Source: Candidatus Gastranaerophilales bacterium
Lineage (GTDB): Bacteria > Cyanobacteriota > Vampirovibrionia > Gastranaerophilales > Gastranaerophilaceae
Length of the DNA stretch: 64,000 nt
Direction of reading: 5' to 3'
Assembly (NCBI GenBank): GCA_947624975.1
Contig: CANQMP010000002.1
Location: 22,878 to 86,877, forward strand
Part shown: positions 40,910 through 49,182 of the stretch, piece by piece
Layout: each line of letters begins with the position of its first letter
Position numbering within the stretch: position 1 is the stretch's first letter
The notes under the pieces: model-generated
What the model saw: the letters and a program-made list of their open reading frames with translations, nothing else
Database searches by the model: none
What the model was told of the DNA's origin: nothing
Program-made: the position numbers and the translations under genes

Positions 40910-42316
40910 ATGTTCAGAAAAATATTGATATTATGTTTTATATTTTCAGGTTTAGCTGTATTCGCCGATGATTTCGGGAACACGGTTAACGAAAAAGAGT
41001 ACCCCGATGCGAATTCGGTACTTCCGAAAGCAGAGGACAGGACGGATTTTATTATTGAGGGTTCTGTTGAAAAAAATATTGATATGACACTTGATAAGTG
41101 TATTGAGCTTGCACTGGGTAACAACCCGCAAATTAATGCGGCTTTCCACGATATTTTGGCATCGGATACAAGAATTAAGCAGGTTTGGTCAAATTATTTC
41201 CCGCAAATAAGCTGGCAAACAGGTTATACAAGAATTCGTCAATTACAATTATCTGATGCATTGGGAAGAAACCTTACTTTTAATTACTATATTTTGGGTC
41301 AAGTTACTTTACAGCAAATGCTTTACGACTTTGGAGTTACTCAAAATCAGGCTACGATAAGACGTTTGGATTATGAGGCTTACAAATCGACTTTAGGAGC
41401 AACGATTAACGAGGTAATCTATCAGACAAAAGACGCTTATTACAACCTTTTGTATGCATTTGAAAACAAAAAAGTTGCGGAAGATACAGTTAACAAGTTT
41501 GAAATGTTCTATAATCAGGCAAAAGCATTTTATGAAATCGGTATGAACCCGAAAGTTGACGTAACTATTGCCGAGGTTAACCTGAGTAATGCGAAATTAC
41601 AGCTTATTCAGACGGATAATGCCGTAAATCTTGCGATAGCGAGATTAAATAATGTTATGGGTGTGCCTTTTATTGATAAATACAATGTTCAGGAACGATT
41701 AAAGTATCAACCCGTTGATATAACCTTTAAAGAATCGATAGAAATTGCGAGAGAGGCAAGACCCGAGCTTAAAACAGCCGAATTGAAAGTTGAAAGTGCA
41801 AGACAGACATTAAATCTTGTGAAAAAGTCTTATTTCCCGACACTTTCGGTCGAAGGTCAGGCACAACTCGGCGGTAAAAGCTGGACTTCAAATCACGGTT
41901 ATAACATCGGCGGATATTTGAATTTCCCGACTATTAACGGCATGCTTATTAAAAATGAAATAAAAGAAGCACGTTATCTGTATGACAAAGAAATCGCAAA
42001 TGCAAAAAACACCCAAAATCAAATATATTTGGAAATTCAAAATGCGTTTTTAAAACTTGAGGAAAAGAAAAACCAAATGCCCGTTGCACTTTTAAACGTC
42101 AAGCAGTCAAAAGAAAATTACGAACTTTCATACGGCAGATATCGTGTGGGCGAAGCCAGCCCGACAGAGCTAAAAGACGCACAAATAAACTATCAGCAGG
42201 CGCAGTTGAGTTATTATAATGCGTTATATCAATATAATTCCTCCAAAGCGGAACTTGAAAAAGCCATCGGGAAAAATATCGCCGCGGATACTGATATCAT
42301 TGAACTTGGCGAATAG
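40910..42316 (+). CDS. TolC-family outer membrane efflux protein
   Basis: LTLDK-like..ALGNNP, YFPQIS, RPEL, YRVGEAS..ELKDAQ. Confidence 0.9.
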   Translation: MFRKILILCFIFSGLAVFADDFGNTVNEKEYPDANSVLPKAEDRTDFIIEGSVEKNIDMTLDKCIELALGNNPQINAAFHDILASDTRIKQVWSNYFPQISWQTGYTRIRQLQLSDALGRNLTFNYYILGQVTLQQMLYDFGVTQNQATIRRLDYEAYKSTLGATINEVIYQTKDAYYNLLYAFENKKVAEDTVNKFEMFYNQAKAFYEIGMNPKVDVTIAEVNLSNAKLQLIQTDNAVNLAIARLNNVMGVPFIDKYNVQERLKYQPVDITFKESIEIAREARPELKTAELKVESARQTLNLVKKSYFPTLSVEGQAQLGGKSWTSNHGYNIGGYLNFPTINGMLIKNEIKEARYLYDKEIANAKNTQNQIYLEIQNAFLKLEEKKNQMPVALLNVKQSKENYELSYGRYRVGEASPTELKDAQINYQQAQLSYYNALYQYNSSKAELEKAIGKNIAADTDIIELGE

Positions 42317-42336
42317 ATGATTTCCAAAATAATAGC

Positions 42337-42523
42337 CAGCCCTTTTCTAGGGAGGGTTTAGGAGGGTAAAATGTAAGTTGGGGTGGAAACCCCAACTTAC
42401 GATTTCTTCCCTCTCCCGCAGGGGGAGAGGGAATTTATATTTTTTGCACGAAGTGCCTAAACGAACCTTTCACTTTTCACTTTTTAATTATGGTGTTGGT
42501 GTGGAAACTCCAACTTACGGTTT
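42337..42523. repeat. REP-like mosaic; left copy of a ~120-bp direct repeat (42404-42523)
   Basis: Perfect palindrome GTAAGTTGGGGT-GGAA-ACCCCAACTTAC (42373-42400), then the block repeated at 43997-44115. Confidence 0.9.
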
Positions 42524-42636
42524 AAGTCAACGATTTTGCCTGAATTTTCGTTAGAATGGAAAGTTTTTTTAAATAATTCTTTACAATTAAGCAATTTTTG
42601 ATAAGAATAATACTTTATATAAGTAGTATATAATTC

Positions 42637-43842
42637 ATGGGGAAAATTATGATATCACGTCTAGCCGGTTTAGGTATAGAACTTGTTAAAAAGTCTGTAT
42701 CATCAGGCGTAATCAAAAATGCACAAAGTTTTACAAAAACTGTGAGCGGCACGATGTGCGATTCGATTACGTTGTTGTCGCAAAGAGTAAAAAATTTAAA
42801 TTTATTTTATTCACGGGGAACTCGTAACCACTTATTTAATTTTTCAAAAAAAGGTGAAATTACTGTTCGAACCAGAACTTACGGTTCCGATGATTTAAAA
42901 TTTTTATCACACATTAAAAACGGTCATTACGAAAAACCGATCATATATCCTCACGGAAGTTATCCTTGCACCAAAAACAGTGCGGAATACAGCAATAAAC
43001 TTGCAAAAGAAATTATTAATGAAAATGAACATTTTATTGACGGTTACAGATATTGCGGTCCGAATGCAAAATTTGATGAAACGGGTAAAAACATATCAAG
43101 GTTTAGTAATAGCGGGCAAGAGATTGTAGTAATTGACAGAATGCTTGATAAAACATTGGTAAAAACAATAGAAACTTTCAAAAACCGAATAAATAATAAA
43201 AATTTAACGGATGAGCAAAAAATGGATAAATTAATGAGTTATGTGGATGAAATTTTTTCGGTTGATAAATCAGGCAGTAAAATTGAAGAATTGGTTTCAA
43301 TAATGCATGCCAACAACGGACTGCAAAAAGAAGTTCTTTTAGGCGATATAATAAACAGTGGAGCGGGTGTTTGTCGTCATAGAAGTATTTTGACAAAACT
43401 TCTTGCGGATGAAGTAGGTTTAAAAAGCCGAATGGTACAAGGGTACTTTGGTGGCGGCGGACATGCTTGGAACGAAATAATAACGAAAAATGAAACTTAT
43501 TTATTCGATGCAATGCACGGTAATATTTTCAATGTGACTTCGCCTGCCAAAAATATTGTTCCGCAAACCTTTGATTATAAAATTACCAATCCCTTAAATG
43601 CTGATAAAATTATCCCGAAATATTTTGACGTAAATAGTACAACGGGGGTTATTTACAGAAGTTTACGGCATAAAATTCCGATTAAAACAAGTGAAGCGAT
43701 TGTAATTCCAAGCGGTAACGGTTATTTGGCGGAACCTTTATCTGATAAAGTTATGGTTAACGGTAAAAAAATATTTGAAAAAACGGTTTTAAATGTGGGA
43801 GATTTTGTTAATATAAAAGATATAGGATTTCAAATAATCTAA
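42637..43842 (+). CDS. Hypothetical protein with EDR1/transglutaminase-like Cys-His-Asp domain and possible degenerate FHA tail
   Basis: GVCRHRSILTKLLADEVGLKSRMVQG, GHAWN, YLFDAM; C-terminal VMVNGKKI...LNVGDFVNI. Confidence 0.7.
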   Translation: MGKIMISRLAGLGIELVKKSVSSGVIKNAQSFTKTVSGTMCDSITLLSQRVKNLNLFYSRGTRNHLFNFSKKGEITVRTRTYGSDDLKFLSHIKNGHYEKPIIYPHGSYPCTKNSAEYSNKLAKEIINENEHFIDGYRYCGPNAKFDETGKNISRFSNSGQEIVVIDRMLDKTLVKTIETFKNRINNKNLTDEQKMDKLMSYVDEIFSVDKSGSKIEELVSIMHANNGLQKEVLLGDIINSGAGVCRHRSILTKLLADEVGLKSRMVQGYFGGGGHAWNEIITKNETYLFDAMHGNIFNVTSPAKNIVPQTFDYKITNPLNADKIIPKYFDVNSTTGVIYRSLRHKIPIKTSEAIVIPSGNGYLAEPLSDKVMVNGKKIFEKTVLNVGDFVNIKDIGFQII

Positions 43843-43879
43843 AGCAGACTGAGTCTGCACGCAATATTTAAGTGAAAAA

Positions 43880-44200
43880 TAGCTCTCTCCCTTTACAAGT
43901 GAGGGGGAAAAATTAGTCCCTTCCCTTTTCAAGGTTAGGATGGGTTTTATTAGACCCCTCACCCGAATTTCTAAGTTCCCTACGTTCACTAAGAAATTCT
44001 TCCCTCTCCCGCAGGGGGAGAGGGAATTTATATTTTTTGCACGAAGTGCCTAAACGAACCTTTCACTTTTCACTTTTAATTATGGTGTTGGGGTAGAAAC
44101 CCCAACTTACGGTTTTCGGCACTGCGTGCGAAAATAGCTCCCTCCCTTAAAAAGGGAGGGTAGGGGTGGGTTAATCCCCTCTCCCGCAGGGGAGCGGGAA
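43880..44200. repeat. REP-like mosaic; right copy of the ~120-bp direct repeat (43997-44115)
   Basis: ttcttccctctcccgcagggggagagggaatttatattttttgcacgaagtgcctaaacgaacctttcacttttcac... matching 42404 onward. Confidence 0.9.
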
Positions 44201-44245
44201 AATCCCCATGTTACTACCAAAAGGCTTTCAGGTACTTGCGGAATA

Positions 44246-45061
44246 TCAGTTCTTGCCCAGTTCGTTAGCTTTTTTAGCCGTCTGTGAAATCACATCGTAA
44301 AACAGTTTGTCGGAATTTTCTTCATTCATTACGGAAATTCCAACAAATGTACATCCGCCTTTCGTTGCTACGTTGTCTATAAGAGTTTGCACAGGTGTTT
44401 CACCCCTTTGTAGAACCATTTTTGCCGAACCTATTGCCGTTTGAACCGCTAACTGCAACGATTTTTCATAATCAAGTCCGAGTTTTTCCCCCGCACGTGC
44501 CATATCTTCAATAACTTTATAGAAAAACGCAGGCCCTGAACCCGATATTGCGGTTACAATGTCAATTTGTTCCTCCGTAACCTCAACTGCTTTACCGATG
44601 TTTGAGAGAAGTTCGACAACAAATTTTATATCCTCATCTTTTGCACCCGAACCCTTGCAAACTCCGCTCATCCCCTCCAGAACAAGAGCGGGAGTGTTCG
44701 GCATAACACGAATTACACGGGCTTTGCCGATGATATTTTCTATCTTTGATGTCGAAACCCCTGCAGCTATTGATACTATCAATTTATCCGAGGTTATTAA
44801 ATCCTTTATTTCTTCAAGAACTTCGCAAACATAATTCGGCTTTGTTGCGATAAATATCACGTCATTTTCTTTTACAAGTCTTCTGTTATCAGATATTACA
44901 CGAACGGAAAGCCTTTCTTCGGCAGCTTGGGCAATTTTTGAGCTTATTTCCGAACCCGTTATATTTTCAGCAGGTAAAAAGCCCGATTTTACAATTCCGT
45001 TTATTATTGCGCCTGCCATTTTTCCGCATCCGATGAAACCCGTTTTACAATTTTTGTTCAT
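44246..45061 (-). CDS. proC: Pyrroline-5-carboxylate reductase
   Basis: FIGCGKM, SIAAGV, RVMPNTP, TAISGSGPA, VATKGGCT. Confidence 0.95.
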   Translation of the reverse strand: MNKNCKTGFIGCGKMAGAIINGIVKSGFLPAENITGSEISSKIAQAAEERLSVRVISDNRRLVKENDVIFIATKPNYVCEVLEEIKDLITSDKLIVSIAAGVSTSKIENIIGKARVIRVMPNTPALVLEGMSGVCKGSGAKDEDIKFVVELLSNIGKAVEVTEEQIDIVTAISGSGPAFFYKVIEDMARAGEKLGLDYEKSLQLAVQTAIGSAKMVLQRGETPVQTLIDNVATKGGCTFVGISVMNEENSDKLFYDVISQTAKKANELGKN

Positions 45062-45150
45062 ATTATTTAACCTGCCTTATAAATTATATTGACTTAGAAA
45101 TGTTTTTCGTTTATATTGGTATCATACGACAAACAAAAAGGAATTAAAAT

Positions 45151-45303
45151 ATGCGACGTACACTAGAAGGAACAAAATTAAAAAGACAACACGTAAGCGG
45201 ATTCAGAGCAAGAATGTCTACCCCCGGCGGTCAGGAAGTATTGAACAGACGCCGTGCAAAAGGTCGTCATAAACTCGCTGTTACCGCTAAAAAACGTGCA
45301 TAA
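45151..45303 (+). CDS. rpmH: 50S ribosomal protein L34 (not in the ORF track)
   Basis: Manual translation [50 protein letters not shown]; upstream TTGACT-17-TATATT. Confidence 0.95.
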   Translation: MRRTLEGTKLKRQHVSGFRARMSTPGGQEVLNRRRAKGRHKLAVTAKKRA

Positions 45304-45305
45304 AA

Positions 45306-45665
45306 ATGTTACCGAAACAATTTCGATTAAAAAATAAATCTGCATTTAATGCAACTTACCGTGCGAGAAACACTTTTCATAAAGACGGAGTTACGTTGTT
45401 TGCAGGATTTAGAAAAAAACAGCCCGACACTCCAACCCGTGTCGGTTTTGTTGTGAGTAAAAAAACTCACAAAAGAGCAGTCAGGCGAAACAGACTGAAA
45501 AGGTTAATGCGGGAAGCTTACAGACTTTTTTTGAAATCCGATGACGTCGGAAATTCAAACGAGTTTATGTCCTTAATCTTCGTCGGCAAAGAAAAAGCAC
45601 TTGATAAAAATTTTGCCCAAATCCAAAATATAATTAAAACTCTTTTGGAAGAATTAAAGGTATAA
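45306..45665 (+). CDS. rnpA: Ribonuclease P protein component
   Basis: MLPKQFRLK, RVGFVVSKK, AVRRNRLKRLMREAYR; follows rpmH. Confidence 0.95.
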   Translation: MLPKQFRLKNKSAFNATYRARNTFHKDGVTLFAGFRKKQPDTPTRVGFVVSKKTHKRAVRRNRLKRLMREAYRLFLKSDDVGNSNEFMSLIFVGKEKALDKNFAQIQNIIKTLLEELKV

Positions 45666-45667
45666 CA

Positions 45668-46189
45668 ATGCTTGAAGGAATTTTTGTTGAAAAAGTCTTA
45701 ACACATCCTAATATACGTCCGTATCCTATTGAACCTCAGGAAACATCCGGTTATTTTGTCGGGTCTCAAGGGATTTTCAGATATTCATTGAAAGATTCGG
45801 ATTATCCTGTTGTGATTTTCCCTGAACCCGTTTATGACAGTGAAGGCGGGATAATCAATCAGGGATATTATGAGCTTGCACTGTCGGATTCGCGGGAATT
45901 TTTAATTCTTTTGGAGTCCAAAAATCCGATAGCCGTAATCCCCGTGATAAAAGTTGAGGAAGATGCATCGGAGCCTGAACGTCTGAATAATAAAACGGTT
46001 AAAAAAGAGCAAAAAAAAGAGGCAAAAGCTCGTGAAACCACAAATAAAAAGCGTTCACGCGTCGGAATGAGTCCTGACGAACCTCAAATATATATGGAAG
46101 CCGAACTTGAATATAACCCGAAAGGTCAGTATTATTTAATAAAATACCAACGCGGAACAATTAAAGCATGGGGTGTTTTTAAAGGTTAA
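45668..46189 (+). CDS. Hypothetical protein
   Basis: 173-aa ORF directly after rnpA; no family recognised. Confidence 0.7.
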   Translation: MLEGIFVEKVLTHPNIRPYPIEPQETSGYFVGSQGIFRYSLKDSDYPVVIFPEPVYDSEGGIINQGYYELALSDSREFLILLESKNPIAVIPVIKVEEDASEPERLNNKTVKKEQKKEAKARETTNKKRSRVGMSPDEPQIYMEAELEYNPKGQYYLIKYQRGTIKAWGVFKG

Positions 46190-46201
46190 ACGAAAGTCTT
46201 T

Positions 46202-47335
46202 TTAACCAACAGGCTTTGCGTCAAACATTTTTTCATTGTTAATCAGTACGGAAAAAGCCAATATTGTATAATTTAATTTCAACACCAGCGGATAAATTTC
46301 ACATATCGCTTGCAAAATTGTTATTATCAACAAAACCAATAATGCCTTGTCTTTATGCTCAAGAGCTTTTTTAATCGTCATCCCGAAACCGTACAGCACG
46401 AGCATGAAAAAGAAAATCCCGTAGTCTAAATATATCCGTCCCCATAAATTACCGACAATATCCATGTCGTTTGTTATATTATATCTTTTCCCGAAAAGCG
46501 AAATAGGATTTTTTGCAAGGCTGTAACACAAATTTCTAAACCTGTATGAAATCATTTCATCTGCCAGTATAACAATATTTACTCCTGCTCCGTAAAGCTT
46601 TGCCATAATCAATGATAATATCGGACTTCCTGCAAACGCACCGTATGATACAATTTTTAATTTATTCGGGGATATTTTCTTAAACAAATCTATCAAAATC
46701 ATTAACGCTAAGATAAGTATTGCCGAAGTTCTTGAATTGGTAAATAAAAGCACAAAAACAAAAATAGTAAACAAGAAAGCATAATCAAACTTTTTGAACT
46801 TATCCCATCTTATATAAGTAAATGCCATACATATTTGCAGTAACATCCCCGCAAATACATTCGGATCCGTAAACCCGAGTGAATATCTGTAAAGTTTAAA
46901 TATGCCGAAATCTCTAACAAACACAAAATTATACAGATGATGCGTCAAAGTGAGAAGAATTATTGTCGGTACCATAATTGAACAGACCGTCAAAACCGTT
47001 TTTGAAATGCTTTTAAAACTCACATTCGCCGTGCAAAGCAGTATAAACCACAAATAACTTATGCTGTAATCTTTTACATGATAAGAAACTCCCAATATAA
47101 AAAGTGTTATAATCAAATGTATAATAAACTTTTTGAGATTATACAAGCGATAGACAAATATATTGAAAAACAAACTCAAAACGACAAAAAATTTGAAATA
47201 GAGCTTATGTATCGGAATGAATTTCAACCCCGTAAAATACCATGTCGTTACAAGCATAATGCCAAAAACTACCCATAATATATATACTATGTTGAAAAAT
47301 ACCGCAGGATTAATTTTTTTAAAAGTATCAAACAA
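46202..47335 (-). CDS. Wzy/O-antigen polymerase- or ligase-like polytopic membrane protein
   Basis: About ten hydrophobic segments, RYSLGFTDPN..AG, TNSRTS, SYRF motifs. Confidence 0.6.
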   Translation of the reverse strand: MFDTFKKINPAVFFNIVYILWVVFGIMLVTTWYFTGLKFIPIHKLYFKFFVVLSLFFNIFVYRLYNLKKFIIHLIITLFILGVSYHVKDYSISYLWFILLCTANVSFKSISKTVLTVCSIMVPTIILLTLTHHLYNFVFVRDFGIFKLYRYSLGFTDPNVFAGMLLQICMAFTYIRWDKFKKFDYAFLFTIFVFVLLFTNSRTSAILILALMILIDLFKKISPNKLKIVSYGAFAGSPILSLIMAKLYGAGVNIVILADEMISYRFRNLCYSLAKNPISLFGKRYNITNDMDIVGNLWGRIYLDYGIFFFMLVLYGFGMTIKKALEHKDKALLVLLIITILQAICEIYPLVLKLNYTILAFSVLINNEKMFDAKPVG

Positions 47336-47349
47336 TTTTATTCCTTTTT

Positions 47350-47374
47350 AAAAAAGCCGACATAGTCGGCTTTT
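47350..47374. terminator. Intrinsic terminator after pilin 3
   Basis: AAAAAAGCCGAC-ATA-GTCGGCTTTT. Confidence 0.8.
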
Positions 47375-47375
47375 A

Positions 47376-48295
47376 TTAATCTAAAACACACTCATCAGGC
47401 TTAGAGGTATGATTTGTTTTACAGTATTCTTCTACATCTTTCAGGCTGTTAAAATAACTATAATTACAAGTACCAAATTGGAATTCTAAACGACATCCAT
47501 TATAATAATAAGCATGACCAGCAAGATTGGAGTTAAACATATTTTGAATACGATTACCATATGGCGAAACTACAGTATTTAATTCATTACATTCTTCTTC
47601 ACTACATCCCGATACATCATCCAGTGAGCAGTTTGAACCGTCCAATTCGCCCGATACATCCGCTAACACTCCCGTAGGAGATGCAAGGAACTTGTACAAA
47701 TCTTTTTTAACCCTATTTGGCTTTGTATTGCCGTTAGTATCGACATAAAAGCTTATATTCCGCTCTGCGCTGTCATAGTCAACACCGACCAGTATACCGT
47801 CCGGAGTTTGAAATATATAACCGATATCATTCCAGCTGAAATTTGCCTTATCATCCGCTGCGTATGCAGGCATCGCAAACAAAGACAAGGCAGCTTCGGA
47901 TTTGAAATATTCCTTGGCTAAGTTGTTTTTATTCAACCCGCTTGTGCTGTCTGCAACTATCTTGAACACCTGTGAATGTTCTTTTGCATAGCAAGCCTCA
48001 TCTTCACATGACCATACGGGCAAATTTCTTATGTCAAATACGCTGTAATGTGCCATCATGAGCTTGTAACCGTTTGTGATGACGGCTTTGGCTTTTTGAT
48101 ATCGTGTTTCGTACACCTTGTCTTTGTAGTGATTCATAAGAACAGGTACTGTCATCACCGCAACAACACCAATTACCGCCAGTGTGATAAGCACTTCGGC
48201 TAACGTAAAACCGAAATGATTCTGCTGACTTGACGATTGAGCTTTGTTTTTGAAAATTTTCTTAATTTTTTTCCCTTTCTTTTTTTGTTGTTCAT
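47376..48295 (-). CDS. Type IV prepilin-like protein (pilin 3), leader frameshifted at an A7 tract (ORF track starts at 48194)
   Basis: HFGFTLAEVLITLAVIGVVAVMTVP; DTNG..KPNRV.KDLY. In-frame TAG at 48302-48300 and no in-frame start before the cleavage site; ATG 48295 needs one more A. Confidence 0.75.
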
Positions 48296-48478
48296 CTTTC
48301 TATATCTTCCACAATACTAAATTTTTGCAACACAAAAGCACCTCTGACAAAAACGTCACAGGTGTAACAGGCTGAAACCCTTACGGAGTCTAGATTACAT
48401 TGGGAGGGGGGAGGCACATGCGCTTAGTTATTAAATTTGAATACATTTACCGAACTCCGTTTGAGTAACAATGTGATA

Positions 48479-48507
48479 ATACTATAGCAATTTATAATTT
48501 TTGTCAA
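48479..48507 (-). promoter_or_regulatory. Putative sigma70 promoter of the pilin 3 transcript
   Basis: TTGACA-17 nt-TAGTAT, then SD GGAG and uORF ATG at 48446. Confidence 0.65.
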
Positions 48508-48601
48508 GAAATTACAAAAAAGAAACATAACATGGAAAAGGGTTGATTTTTAATTTTTAGCGTAACATAATATAGATGTTACGATATTAACGAAAAATTA
48601 T

Positions 48602-48678
<77 letters not shown>

Positions 48679-48686
48679 ATTAATAT

Positions 48687-48721
48687 AAGAGAGTTTCAGC
48701 GATTTTGAAGCTCTCTTTTTT
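48687..48721 (+). terminator. Intrinsic terminator after tRNA-fMet
   Basis: AAGAGAG(T)TTCA...TGAA(G)CTCTCTT plus T-run. Confidence 0.7.
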
Positions 48722-48835
48722 AGTGCTTAAATAGGGCAATAATTCAACTATAATTCAACAATCTTAAATTTTTGATATAAATTTGATAAATAAAATATTT
48801 GCCTATTTTTGATTTAATAAAATGTTTTCTAAAAT

Positions 48836-49131
48836 GTAAGTTGGGGTTTCTACCCCAACAAATCTTTAAAAAGTGAGAAGTGAAAAGACCTTTACGGGTG
48901 CTAAAGCACCGAAATAATTGCACCCCACCCCATCTGAAATTTCTAAATTCGCATGGCTCATTAAGAAATTTCCCTCTCGCAAAACGATACTTAATCGTTT
49001 TGCTCGGCAGAGTCCATCTGGGGAGGGAGTTGACCCATCACCCTAACTCTCTCCCGCAAGGGGAGAGGGAAGTTATATTTTTTTTTGGCACGAAGTGCCG
49101 AAAAGGTCTTCTCACTTTTCACTTTTCACCT
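48836..49131. repeat. REP-like mosaic between tRNA-fMet and leuC
   Basis: gtaagttggggtttctaccccaac, aaagtgagaagtgaaaag, ctctcccgcaaggggagaggg, ggcacgaagtgcc, ctcacttttcac modules. Confidence 0.85.
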
Positions 49132-49182
49132 TACGGTGTCATTATAAATTGCCCTTATTTTAGTTTAATTGCTTTTCTTAAA

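Noticed and set aside
45061-45150. oriC near rpmH
   Set aside because: No dnaA/dnaN and no cluster of TTATCCACA-like boxes noticed.
1176-48194. Diversity-generating retroelement acting on the pilins
   Set aside because: No reverse transcriptase, and no near-identical repeat pair differing at adenines was seen among or near the pilin genes.
48729-49160. MITE bounded by AAATAGGGCAAT / ATTGCCCTTATTT inverted ends
   Set aside because: The match is short, imperfect and AT-rich, has no target-site duplication, and the ends do not flank the other mosaics.
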